The notes under the pieces are model-generated. The model searched no databases. It saw only the letters and a program-made list of their open reading frames with translations, and had not been told where the DNA came from. Source: Ostrea edulis (lineage: Eukaryota). From it: a DNA stretch of 64,000 bases. Numbering within the stretch: position 1 is the first letter of the stretch; every line of letters begins with the position of its first letter. The position numbers and the translations under genes are program-made. Shown here in pieces: positions 51,101-64,000 of this stretch. The stretch is taken from contig NC_079167.1 in assembly GCF_947568905.1 (NCBI RefSeq), positions 15,996,001 to 16,060,000 of the forward strand, read 5' to 3'.

Positions 51101-54100
51101 TCTGGATATCTTCTTATTGGTGATGTGAAATGTACATACATCTTTCGCTGCAATGAGAAGTGCATTCCTTCCCTTGGCTCATTTAAAGTCCCACTACATC
51201 TGTACGAAGCACTTTCCTGGAAAGATATCCACTCCTCTAATGCCAAACACTGGTTTGGGTGCAGTTCGTCAGTACATATATATTGAATTGCTGACTGAAT
51301 ATCACCTGACTTTAGTGAATCGAGTATATTTTGCCAGACCCACTTTTGGACAGGCATGATCCTTGTATACCTAAGAGGCGTAATAGAATTCAATGTAATC
51401 TTCTCACCTCCCATTCCTGCGCTTGGATCAATATTCTGAAGGCGAAGCACCATGTGAAAGAAAGGATGATTTTGGTCTTTCCACTTTTTGAGAATTTCCA
51501 AAGAGGGTGCAGGTTGACAACGAAGAGGCATCACCTTTGGAAATCGACTATTTAGATATGCAGCAACCGATGTATTTGCTAATACCATGAACTCTTCAAC
51601 AAGGTAATGAGCTTCTCTTGAATTTAGTACCGAGTCTGCATTGTCATTTAATTTTACCTCCACAGGAAAGGAGTGAAAACCTGCACCTGGTCTTTTTTCC
51701 CGTATTGTTTTTGCTATCTCAAAGAGTTGAAGTATGTCTTCCTCCAAGGCACTCTCTGGACGTCTTCTTTCTATTATTTTTTGCACTTCCTCGTATGTAA
51801 ATTTCCTACAAGATTTAACTTTGGATTTTTTCAAACGTTGATTTTCCACGTGACCGTTTTTTGTCATTCTGTATATAACAGACAATGTAGGTCTCATTAC
51901 TCCTGGAATTAAACTACAGATATTTCGTGACAGTGGTTCGGGGAGCATGTGATAAGGATTCATTCCTTGGCCAGGATAAAATGTACAAGCTCTTTCTTTG
52001 GCTTCTAAGTCAAGTTGGTCATCTTTCTTCACTACAACAGTTACATCAGCAATATGAACCCCTATTTCAAACTTGCCATCTACTTCTTCTATGCTGATAG
52101 CATCATCAAGGTCTTGAGATCCTTCTGGGTCAATAGTAAAGACCCTGAGGTGAGATAGATCCTCGCGATTATCTTCGCTCGTGATTTGGCTTGATCCTAA
52201 TTCATCAAGTAGTTTCTTTGTATACTCAACCGTGTCTTTCTGATAGTATTGTGGTACTTGATGGTGAAGGCGAAGGATTTTCATTGCAGAAGAGAAACTT
52301 TCCTCAACTTCAATAACATCTATCACAGCACCCATTGGATACAAGCTAGACCAAGACAAATAAACGACCAAAAACACGAAGCTTGATTTTCTACCGGGGT
52401 CGATTCGAAATTCATAGTTAGGTTCGATATTTGATGACCTTGTGTTATATTTGTACACCTGAATTATGTATTTTTTCCGTCTGTCCTGATCAAGGTGAAG
52501 CTTTGGAACCGTTCTACAGACAGGTCGCATCAGGTAATTTGCGGTGTCGTCCAAAGTACAAACGAAAACAGGGTGATCAATATTTCTAGCTTTCTTTCTT
52601 TCAAAGACTCCAATAATTTTGCCATAAATTTTCTGCGAACGGTTGTCCTTATTGATGTCTTTCTGTAATCTCTGAATGACAGTTTTTGTAAACTTTTCAA
52701 AGTTAAATATCTCTACTAATACTATGTCGCCATCAAATACCTTTCCTGCCTTTGATCTTCCTGATATTTCAATTTCTTTGAGCTCATCGTGAACATCAAG
52801 GTTTAAACACCGTGCTATGTGCGCTCCTTGAATTGTAACTTTGCAACGTTTGTATCGTTGTGTATTTGATTGAAGTCTTCTTTCTAATTGGTCAACTGGC
52901 AAAAATTCGTCATAAAAACCCCGCTTCTTATCAATTTCGCTACTTTCGGGTAAGTTCAAACCATATTTCATCATATCTTGTTGCAATAAATTCTCATCCT
53001 CATTTTCTTCGTTTTCATAATTAGCACAGCTTTCTTCAAATTTTGATTTTTCGCTGTCTTCTTGTGGAATCACAAAACTTCTACGTTTGAACTGAAAATC
53101 ATCTAAGTCTTCGTTGTCAGTCTCAGAGACTCCATCCTCTAATTCAGTTTTGTCGCTGCATGACTCCAGTTCTTCCATATCGGTAGAAACATTGTCACTT
53201 TCATTGTTCTCCTTATCAACCTGACAGGGAATATCTACACAGGACTGTGCATGTGATGATTGAAATAAAGAGGAAAATGAGCGCCCTTCAATGAGTGACG
53301 CATTGCAAGAAATGTCCGGAACACTGTCCGATCTTTGTAAATTTTGTTCGTCATTCCTGTCTGGTATATGTTCTTCTCTCGGGAATTCTACAAAATATGA
53401 AGAAAAGCTCGATCGGGCAAAAAGTTATAATGCTAGTTGGTGTTGTGAAATAAAAGACCTATAACTCTGAATTTTGCAGCACAATTTAGGAAACTTTAAC
53501 ATGAGGTATATATTCTTAATGCAGCAGAATATTCATACTTAAACTTTGATTCCCTATTCAAGCCAACCCTAGTCAAATATGAATATGCAATACAATGGAA
53601 TGTTTGGATATCAATATATTGAATCAGTGGTCCTAGATGAAAAATATCAAAGATTACATATATTGTAATGTAAAACTTTGATCCCTATTGACGTCCCATC
53701 CTACCCCCAAGCCATGGTGTGAAGATAATTGAATCTGTAGTACCTAGGGATGCGTGCATGATAATGATGACAAGTCATGACCCTATTGGTCTTGAGAAGA
53801 ACACCAAAAGTACATTTTATTTGCAATTCTATACAGAATAAGACCGATTGTTTTTCGTTCAAAGGTTAAACTTCATTGGCAAAAATTCACTACCGACTCT
53901 TGCATCAAAACTAATTCAAGCGTCAAATGAGCCATCAGAGTGTATTGCTTACTATGAAATCATAGGATACAATTTACTCAGAGCACCACATTCTTATTTT
54001 TTCGAATAAAGGCCCAATTTGATTTGCACGGGTCAAATTACCCCCGATGCAACTTCCTATGTATGTAAATCATTATGATATAGAAATGTTTGCTGACGAT

Positions 54101-56170
54101 GCTACTTTACATATCCAAAAGAGTTATGCACATTGCATGGAATCAACACAATTCTGATTTGTGTGAAATCTAAAATTGTTGTTTACGAAACCAAATGGGT
54201 TTCAAAAGCGTTGGAAAAGGGGGCAACCGGAGCACACACCCTACCCTCTTTTAAGAACATCAGTTATGTCATTATCATTAAAACTGATTTAAACTCCTTA
54301 ACTAATATCCGTTTTCTAATCATTGCTTTTCTTAATCTTTTAATTATTTTGTTCCTTTACCCCCCCCCCCCCCGCCCGCCCACACACAATAATATCAGTT
54401 ATGTAATTATCATTAAAATTGAATTAAACTTAAGCCCCATCTTGTTATCATAATACGTGTACAAGCTTTTTCTGAAGGTTTTTTTTTTTATCCCTCCCCC
54501 TCATCTATTTCTTATTCCGCAATTAAGTTTTCTTTTTAACAGACTTTTTTCAATGTATCCGAATCAAATGAAAGCGAAAACGAAATTGATTTCTGCTTGT
54601 GTTTTGACATTTTACGGCATTGAATCGGTCATCCCGTGCAAGTATCATGTTTTGAATGATAGTAAATAAGTATCAGATATTATGTCATCCAATCGATATT
54701 CTATGCTTTGGCCATCTCGGTAACTTTGACATATTGATAATACCTTATGTAGGAGTATACCTACACCTGCAGATTAGTTTCAGTTTGAGTAATTTGGTAT
54801 GGAATTCAATTTATCAATTGATTTAAAACCATTCCTTTCTCTTTTCATAGCATTGAATCCTCAAAACACTGCTCACCCTTTTTGTATTTCATGAATTAGA
54901 TAGATAAATTTAATAGAAATATTATATTTCAGAAAATACACAAGGGCATGCACTACGCTGCCTTACGCTTGCATACTTCATGAAGCGCATTTGCATGTAT
55001 TTTCAAAAAAGAAATGATATTTGTTTTTAGTTTTAGCGGAGAGAACTGAATTGGAGACATAAACACTGAGATAAAGCACCAGAGGGTGGAGGTATCTGGG
55101 ACATGTACTTAGAATGAAGGCAAACAGCATTGGAAGAAGAGCTATAAAGTGGACACCACCTGGAAAGAGACAACCTGGGCGATTGAGAGGGACTTGGAGA
55201 AAAAATGTAGAGACAGAAATGAAAGGGGACTTGGATACAACTGGAACACCATAAGGCGAGCAGTGCATGACAGGAGCCAATGGAGAGAACTTGTAGCCGT
55301 CTTATTTGTAGACATACACGAAGAGTATTAAATCAGTAAGTTTATATTCATTTCTGTGAGAATCCTCAACCACAAATATATTCGTAATATATTTATCAAG
55401 ATTCATGCCAACATTGTTCACATTTATGAGGACATCATTTTCATTTCCATTGGTAACGATATCGAAGTTAAAAACAAAAACAAACAAAAAATAAATGAAA
55501 TATATTGAACCCAAAACAAACACATACAAACTTATGTGTATTACATTTTTTTTAAAAATTATTTCTAACGATTGTATAACCCAAAGGCTAATATCAACAA
55601 TAACTTCAATTCCCAATTAAGTGCGTATTACATTAATTGGGGGGGGGGGATTAAAAAGTTTCACATCAATCCTACAGATACGTTAACATTTATTCTGCAG
55701 AAAGGCATGCGCACTTTGTAAATTCATAGCAGAACGAACCGCTACTTGAGCGGCCTGTAATAAAACTCCGTTCAATACACAGGTGTATACCTTTGGATTA
55801 ATCTACCTTTAAATATGCGATCATCTCCAGCCTTGTCAATCTTGAGGTTGCTCATCACACCTTGTTTTCATTTAATAGCTCGTTGAAACATCTCTTCTAA
55901 AGTATGATTTCATCATAAAAAGAGTGATACAAGATCTTGATTATTTTATGCAAAGTTTCTTTGTGATATTTTCCGGAATGATAAAAAACGTGTTATGTTT
56001 GCAAGCAAGAGATTCTATAGTCCAAATTTCGGTGTGATTTGGTGTATGATATGAATATCTTATAAAACATGCCTAAATGACTCAGATTGACATTCTAGTT
56101 TTTCAAATAAAACATATTTATGAAAATTGAAAACGTTTTTGTTAATATATTTTTAAATCTACGGAGAAAA

Positions 56171-56222
<52 letters not shown>

Positions 56223-56899
56223 ACATGTCATTGGAAAAAAGATATATCGGACAATTATATTTAAAAAGAAATTGAAATAAAATGGCCAAAATTCAGAATT
56301 ATTGTGATTTTTCAAATTTGAACCAAGCCCAATTAGAATTATAAAAGAACATCGTAATCAGAAAACTACATTCCCTTGATGTAAAATGGTTTACAAATTA
56401 AAGGAATTTATTTTTAGACAATAATTTCTTAATGAAAAGTGCATATAGTAATTTTTTTCAATTTTGACCGGGATAGGTACACTATTTTCTCTGGTTCAAA
56501 CCTAAATTAGAACGATATATATCTGAAATTTGGGCATTTAATTTCAATTACTTTTGAAAATACATTTATATTTGTCTAGTATATCTTTTCTCCAACTGAC
56601 ATATGTTTTAAAGATATTATCTCTAGATTTGAAAATTATCAACAAATAACGTTTTCAATTTTCATAAATATTTTTTATTTAAAAGATTAGAACACCTATC
56701 CGAGTCTTTTAGGCATGTTTATTAGATATTCATATCATGCACCAAATCACAGCAAAAATCTCTTATTTGCAAACTTTTTATAACATTCCGGAAAAAATCA
56801 CATAGAAATCATAAAATAATTTAGAAAGCTTGTACTACTTTTTTGATGGTGAAGTAATGCTTCATACGAGGTGCTTAAACAGCCATTAAATAAGATGAG

Positions 56900-56950
<51 letters not shown>

Positions 56951-58783
56951 TACAAATCAATTTATGTTAAATGTGCTAAAAGTACTGTTTTAATCTAATA
57001 AAGCCTCGGGGAGGAATAGTGTGCTGCACGAATCAGGTCATCTTCACTAAATGAATTATCATCATGATTATATCAGTAATTATCATAAGTATCCAACCGT
57101 GACTCATACTCATATGGTACTCTTTTTTTAATACACTTGTAGGCTGTCTTGGCTACTGGGAGTACAAGACCAACAGTCTGATACAACAATTTATTACCAG
57201 ACTGTTAATAGGCACTGTCCCTTGGTGCTCCCTGTAATCAGGTCAACATATCGTGTTTTGGTTTTTTTTATTCTCTCATATAACGCTATTATTCTCTTTT
57301 ATATAAGTATTCTAACCTTCCTGCTTTATGCATAAAGATTCAGAACAACTGGATCCCACGTCTATATATGTAATATACTTGCATGCTGTATTCAGTAAGA
57401 TGATTTTTAACAGTCGCGGCAATGTGATACTGCAAGTACATGTCTTTGCATTGTACACATTTCCTTTGCTTTACACTTGTAAGCTGTCTTGGTTACTGGG
57501 AGTACAAGATCAACAGTCTGGTACAATAGATTTACTACCAGACTGTTAACAGGCACTGTACCTTGGTGCCCCCTGTAATCAAGTCAACAATTCATACCTT
57601 CTTTAACACTTTGTACAATTGTTTTCATTTATATAATTATTTATTCTAATCTCCCTGCATTAGCATAAAACATTCAGAACAACTGGATCCTACATGTACA
57701 TGTGTTTTATACTTGCATACTGTACTTACTAAAATATAATTATACTGATCTGATTACAATTTTATATCCATTCACACAATACTATCATTATCTGCTGTCC
57801 CAGAAACTGATGTGTGAAGCAGTTGGGTTATTTTATTTATCATGTTGTTAATTTAAATCTTGTCTGTAATCAGTATTTCATATATAATTATAGATGTGTG
57901 CAGTGCAGAAGTGTGAACTCTGTCAGTATTACCGGTAGTACTTCTGAATGATTGTTATTTATTTTCATTGTTATGATTAATTGCTTGTTAACCTGTACAT
58001 GCCCCCCGAGGGCCCTTGATTGTGAATAAACAATAAACATATATTGTATCATGGCTGTGGTGTTTTTCCTTTAATAAAAAGTGTACAATAACTGGAGATA
58101 CACCGGTGGGCGGAACCATCATTTGCATACTTTTGAAAACTGTGCCGTGTAAATAAATTATTGAACACCACCTGACAGTGACAATTTCAACTCAAGGTGA
58201 AGATCAAATCAGAATTCACGAGATTAAGGCCCGCGGCCGTGTCGATATCCATTTTATCATCTCCCGATTTAACTTCACGAAATGTGTGGTCATCACATGC
58301 TTGTGAGAAAACATTGAATAAAAACTGTACATCCAAATCGTGTAAATCGCCAATGTTCATAGTCGAGGTGCTCTGATCAGACGCATTATGCACATCCGCT
58401 CTCACTAACTATCGGGTGATGAGTGCAAGATTGGCATGGATAGCGGGAAGAGGAAAATACCCACGCGATCACCTGACAAAAACTTTACTTTTCATTGGGG
58501 TAATTAAAAAAAAAAATCGTGCAATAACCACTGGTCACATGACAGATATTATATTTCTAATTGGTCATGATACAAGTAAGTTATTGAATATTTATATACT
58601 CGTGCTTCGCACTCGTCACCGCCCTTCGTCCAAATAAATCAAGATACACCGAAATAAATATACAATAACTATTACAAATTACGTGAAATGGTTCTGGGAG
58701 TGTTCCGATATGTGGTGTGACAAGAAAAAATACTCACGGCTCCAGCTTGCCCGCCTCACCCTGGCGTTTCGTTTCCCCGGCAT
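42147..58783 (-). CDS. HELZ2-like: HELZ2-like paralog C, complete RNB exoribonuclease + SF1 helicase (~1849 aa); exons 58783-58738, 53387-49637, 48568-48483, 48340-48203, 48060-47923, 47035-46422, 46273-46052, 45949-45784, 44634-44467, 42367-42147
   Basis: The exon sum is 5550 nt in frame, with the same intron positions and phases as paralog B. Motifs are FTIDPEGSQDLDDAIS, HFTSPIRRYPD, GPPGTGKT, DEAG, GDHKQL, SQGGEWDY and NVALTRAR. The first exon MPGKRNARVRRASWS has a phase-1 donor gtgagt. AATAAA lies at 42079-42074. Confidence 0.88.
49057..49379 (+). mobile_element. tRNA-derived SINE, near full length, in an intron of paralog C
   Basis: A box tggtctaaagg (49067), B box ggttcaaatcc (49109), a ~200-nt non-tRNA body, and a LINE-like 3' end gaaaaattcttgagagagacgttaaac with a short tail. 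Confidence 0.8.
49637..53387 (-). CDS. HELZ2-like: Giant coding exon of paralog C (RNB domain region)
   Basis: ORF 49633..53178 is open back to the acceptor tttgtag (53388) and ends at the donor ac|gtaat (49636). It is collinear with the giant exon of paralog B. Confidence 0.93.
55037..55340 (+). mobile_element. RTE-clade LINE, 3'-terminal fragment
   Basis: It translates, with one frameshift, to WRYLGHVLRM...AIKWTPPGKRQPGR...TWRK...LGYNW..IRRAVHDRSQWRELV, a typical RTE ORF C-terminus. Confidence 0.8.
55849..56900. mobile_element. Fold-back/MITE-like element with ~300-bp imperfect inverted arms
   Basis: 55849-56150 is the diverged reverse complement of 56640-56900, for example ttccggaatg...catgcctaaa versus tttaggcatg...cattccggaa. 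An internal poly(A) lies at 56176-56219. Confidence 0.7.
56900..56947. repeat. (CT)n microsatellite
   Basis: Directly visible. Confidence 0.95.
57134..57730. repeat. Tandem duplication of a ~340-bp unit in intron 1 of paralog C
   Basis: acacttgtaggctgtcttggctactgggagtacaag... at 57134 recurs at ~57473 with high identity. Confidence 0.85.
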
Positions 58784-58865
58784 CCCACTACAGCGATTGC
58801 GGTGGTGCTCTTCTTTATTCTTTTCTTTTCCTGTTTTAATTATATTCCATCATTTCTGTTATCTT

Positions 58866-58905
58866 TTCTACTTTCAGTTTGACAATATTCCCGGAAGTAT
58901 ATATA
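58866..58905 (-). promoter_or_regulatory. Candidate proximal promoter of paralog C: TATA-like tract, GAS/ETS composite site and IRF-like element
   Basis: TTCCCGGAA(GT) at 58888-58898, minus-strand AAACTGAAAGTAGAAAAG at 58882-58865, and tatatata at 58899-58906, all about 80-120 nt upstream of the inferred ATG. These are motif matches only. Confidence 0.45.
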
Positions 58906-61900
58906 CTGCTTATTCATGCACTGACGTAATATTTGTGTTGCTGACTAGGGTCTAATTATTGATTAAACTCGCCGCTGATAATATGCAGGTTTTGGCAATG
59001 GTTCAGGTTTATGTTTTCAGAAATTTAAAGGGGGAAAATCATGTGATAATTATAAATGCGATGTGTACATATATTACCAATACATAACCTGAATTAAAAA
59101 GAGTCTTTAGATTCATTTTTGATTACATTTGCTAGATTGTAACACATGAAAATGAAAACACATTCCCTGTTATTTTTTCTCAATTTTCACGAGTTCAGTA
59201 TTGTTACTTACTTAATTTGTGGTGCATCTGTCTTTCATCCTGTTTTTTCTTAAGCTGTGAAAAAAAAAAAAAAAAAGAGAAGTAAAATCCCACGAATGTG
59301 TCTTTTGTTGTGTACCTTGCATCTCGGGCCTAAGTTGGACGGGATAATAAACAGACGCTATTACCTGTCCGGGATACAAACATTTATTTGCCTACCTGTG
59401 AAAATATATCACAATATAAATTCGGGGTATCTTATGGGTTTTTGTTTTACGCCTTTACCTTACAGAATGTGAAGTTCATCGATGTCCAAGTTAAAGATGA
59501 AACAGAATATTTTGTTCACAAATATTTTCTAAAGGAGGATTCAAATATATTCATTTTAGGCAGACATTTCTTGGATAATTTGAAGTTGTCCACATATTCC
59601 TAATATAATTTGGAATCACGTGATATGTCTAGGTTGTTTGCTTTATTGACTTCGTCGGTTTAAACAAATTACTCCTTCCGCTTTTTCTACATGTAAATAC
59701 CCTTCCGCTCTTTCTTCATGTACATACCCTGTGATCAATACAAACGATTCGTCATTTATTTCTTTTATATAATTTTTTTTTTTATAATTTAACTAGTTTC
59801 ATTTCTTCAATGTATAGGTTTTTTTGACCATATCAAGAAATAAAACAAAAATACACTGTAAATTGAAACAGCATTGGTTTATCACTGTCAGATTTACATT
59901 GGTAGGTGTTCAAGCATATGTCGTTAATAATCTCTCTATTAAATGGAGAGAGAAATCAACATCATATGATAGCTACGCTAGAAAAGTTTAAACCCAAACA
60001 AATTATCAATTACATAAATACTATCAAATCATGTTTATATTTAATAGGGAGGAGTTTTAGTTCATTCTTATTACATGTACGTGATGATATATATTTTTGG
60101 CGGATGGATATGAAAAAATCAAAGGCTTTTTTTTTTCTCCTTATGAGGGAAACAAATAATGAATTTTCAAACTGTCATAGTATGGAACAGACTAAATAAC
60201 GAAAATATTGTATGACTCAAAATTTCAGGAATAATTCTCCAGAACAACAAACATAAACATTTTCTATAAATACTTTTATGTGAGATATGCTTGCTTGTGT
60301 CATACGATAAATATACGTACGTTTTCGAAAAAGAAATTATTTTAAAAAAATATTACTCTTATGAGCAAAAATCTCTATATGATGCACCAGTTGTATTGTC
60401 TTCGGGTCATCGGCTAACCTAACCCAATATAATCAATAGTAATTTACTCAATTTAAAAGAAAGGTGAACAAAAGTTACAATATAGCCTACTTTACACTAC
60501 TGACATAGTTTTATGAAAAATTACACCAGAAATACCCCTCCCCTGTGCAGCAAAGTTTCATCCTACCGTGTCGGAGAGTCTTTCATCCTACCGTGTCGGA
60601 GAGTCAGGAATATTACAACGTGCAAACCTTTTCCCTCTTTCAAATTATATTATATTAGGCCTATACAATAGATTTTAGCATTGACTTCACTTGTAGATAG
60701 AACTGTTACTGTCTGATGAGCACCTGTTTAACGAGGGGCTGGTTAGAATCCTTAATCCATTCATTATCACTATTGCATTCTTCTTTCTCCTCATCGTCAG
60801 ATCCCATAAAGAGGGTTTTCAAAGTCTTGAAAACACCGGCCATGTTGTATTATAGACGTGCGAAGAAGAGATGGTATGGCGATCCGAGGATATCATAAAT
60901 ATTTGATATGGGAATGATTAAGATAAAACCCAAACTTGGATTTGATATAGGCTCTTAGTTTTAAATTATGAATTAAAACATATAGATATTGTAAATATGT
61001 ACATTGCATTCATGATTCATTTTGTTTGTTTACGTCACTTGCTCGTATTGAGACATCACCAACTTTAAGTGAAGTACCACGCTTATAGGGGCATTAGCTG
61101 TGAAAGTGAAAGCAACCATTTTTTCCCCTCAAAATTTCTCAATGGCATAGTAATACATAGTCATTAATATATATTCTTATTGAAGCAAATTTATTTTGTA
61201 CAAAAATAATAGAAAACTAATCCAACTACGTTGGACAACCACTTTTTAAAATTCTAAATAGTATAAAGAAATATATAAGGAAGAATTATTGTCTTTTGAC
61301 GGCTTCATACACATTTGATGGACTTTTTGTTTATTTTCGTAAGAAACTCGCTGCTGCGACGCTTCACGCCTGCAAAACTCATAAATCGGGATGAGGCGTG
61401 ATAAAAATAAAATTTATTTCTAATATTTAGATTCTCTTTCATTTCTGTCGGAATACCCTGCCGTTAATAGACGTGCAATTTTTATCAAGTTCTTCTGTAT
61501 TCATACGCGCATTGTTTACAACTGCAGCACGTTCATGTGGAAATGGCTATCATTATGATTTGTAAAGATATCAAAGGCAAGAATATATTTTAAATGTGAA
61601 AATTAAAGGACGAACAATTTTAGATTTAATCAGTTTGCACCTATCAAATTGCCTAATATTCATATGCATATGAATTTAAGCAATTCTTTTTTTTAATTAT
61701 TATTATTATTATTATTTAGATCCCGCCGACCCTAAATTCTGGGGAATCGGAAAAAAAAATAAAATGCAAAATTTCTACTTTTTTTTTTAATTCCGCGGAT
61801 TCTACCCAACATATCAAATCGAAAATAAAAATAAAATGCATTTTCAATTTTACGAATAGAAAATCGTGAAACGCAAACCTATTGATTTGTATTTGGTAAT

Positions 61901-64000
61901 CAATATCTTTATTTCGTATTTTTTAAAAACCATGTAAACAGATATGGTCACGCATGATGTCAGTAACGATACCTATATTGTTCTCGTCGACGAAACAGAT
62001 GCCAGATGGCATTTCATCACGAAAAAAAAAGGAATTGATAGAAATAAATATTTCTCATACAATTGGTGGTATTCTTGCTGCTAACATAACACAAAATACA
62101 GTGACGTCGCGCACGGTACTGGTGTTACTTTCATACGTGCATAAGAAAATGCTTCCGCTATGTTTACACAGATGTATATTTTGCGGATTATTAAAAGTCG
62201 TATACATCAATGGCAAGGAAAATATATAAATAATGATAATAGCTTATATAAAATATAATTTACACGCATTATATTATCAATAACGGAGTTATATACACGC
62301 AGATGTCGTCATTTTTGCTATTTGGGTGTTTAAAGATGAGAGGAAGGTACAGTTGTTAGCGACTTTACTAGATTGGATGTTCTATCGTTAAAGTGATAAT
62401 GTCCTACGGACCCGGTTTGAGTGTGGTGAGGGCCTGTACCGAGACACAGATTATTCTAACTAGTGACTTTATACCACAGCAGTACATGTCATAACAGTGT
62501 GAGGAATTGTTAGATGCTTTTGATATTATGATGAACGCCTGTAAAAAATATGACCAGATAAAACTCAGAAACTGAAAGGTATGCATATTTCTCGTAAATC
62601 AGTATACCTTGTGTAGTGGTGGAAAGAATTTGAGTATCAAATAAAAGTGAAAAACAAGAAACATTTCTTTCAAAATGATGGTAGATAATTTGAAATTGCA
62701 TTTTTTTTTCAAAATTCATATTATTGTACTAGTCACTCTAAAGAATTTTTTATTTAATATTTTAAAAGTACATGTTTTGTTTATTTGTACTCATGAAATA
62801 ATGTTAATGATTTATTGAAAAGAAAACAACGATAGATATTAAAATTGTTTTTTTTTTCCTCCCGACCGACCCTAAATTTTATTTTTAAAATCCGTAAAAC
62901 AATAAATTAAAAACCTGTGGCCTTATTTATTTATTTATGTTGTTTTTTTTTTTTTGGTTCTCTTGGTGTCAATATTTTTGTATATGATTGGGGAATGAAT
63001 AAAATATCAAACCAATTTATGAGAGCAGAACATGGGCTAGGACGGTCTAAAATCTATATTTAAGTTACCAGTGGTTTATTTAAAGAAAAGCCCAAAAAAA
63101 CACGTGAACAACTCAATCCATGTTATACCCATATAAATTGCTGTGATATTATATTCATTATTTACAATTTCCTTTGAAAAAAAATGTAATTTGTATTTTA
63201 TTAGATGATTTTTAACCTGTCATCGAGGGAATCGTCGTACGTTATTTAGAATGACGTAACAAGACAGCAAATCAATGTTACACAAAAATTAAGATAATAA
63301 GAAAAAATATACGTTATAAAGAAATTAATGTCATGGTTGAAATAAATGCTTAGAAAAATTCTCATTTATAGATTCAAACTTGAAGCAGCAACAACAAATT
63401 ACACATAATCAATGGCTTTGAGTACAAAATTAATGTCCGCACAGAAAACAACTTAATTTTTCCTGAAACACAATTAAAATTGCCCTTGTCTGAATATTCA
63501 TTGAAACTAGCATCCTCACAAGTTTGACTTGTGAGGATGTGAAAGTAGGTGTATTTAAAATATCAAACACCAAAGTAGACTTTATTCATATGCAAAACTT
63601 TATGCGAAGCAGAGGCATCTTAGCAAACCAAGTGTCCCATCAGGGAGATGAGAGTAAGCTAATTGAACACGTATGGAGCACCAAATTAACATAAACTCAA
63701 TCAGTTAAGGACATTATCAATCATTTTGAAAAAATAATCTTTAGTCCAATTATTGCAATAAATCAATCGATGCGTGCATCAGATCAATTATTGCTTTCAT
63801 CAATTGAATTGATACGCGCATTAATTAAATCGATGCGTGCAAAAAATGATTTTATAGCCGCATTACATCAATCATTTCTCTTGCCAATTAAGGTGGATCG
63901 ATCCTCATGTGATTTATCAATATTAATGGTTAAAAGTGGGAAAACTGTATTAATTTCCACTCAATATAGTTTAATTTAATCAATAACCAAAGAAAATGTA

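Noticed and set aside
58080-58690. ORF 58187..58405 as a gene, or a confident Crypton call
   Set aside because: It has no recognisable protein motif. The gtgcttcgcactcgt motif only loosely recalls Crypton-type non-autonomous repeats, which is not enough to annotate.
63740-63990. ORF 63770..63979
   Set aside because: It lies in a low-complexity repeat (aatcgatgcgtgca units) with no splice or homology support.

Overview
This is AT-rich eukaryotic genomic DNA with GT-AG introns. The repeat families look bivalve or oyster-like, which is an inference from recalled repeat consensus sequences. There are three short assembly gaps. The main content is a cluster of three diverged HELZ2-like genes. Paralog A (+) is present only as its 3' helicase exons (898-6338). 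Paralog B (+, 19101-32709, ~1737 aa) and paralog C (-, 42147-58783, ~1849 aa) are complete and convergent. B and C share one 10-exon plan: a tiny MPGKR first exon, one 3.5-3.75 kb exon carrying an RNase II/RNB 3'-5' exoribonuclease domain with intact catalytic motifs, then eight small exons for a single Upf1-like SF1 helicase. They lack the N-terminal zinc finger and first helicase of canonical HELZ2. Intergenic and intronic space holds transposon relics: a decayed DIRS/Ngaro tyrosine-recombinase retrotransposon interrupted by an inverted Penelope-like (PLE) RT cassette with hammerhead-like motifs, nine further PLE 3'-end fragments, a 4-kb Kolobok element, SINEs, an RTE fragment, MITEs and minisatellites. 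The most notable observations are the half-HELZ2 architecture, STAT/IRF-type motifs beside the first exon of C, an apparent single-exon gene conversion between A and B, the ribozyme candidates, and a 44-bp hairpin satellite that resembles an amplified tRNA A-box ending at one B-box.
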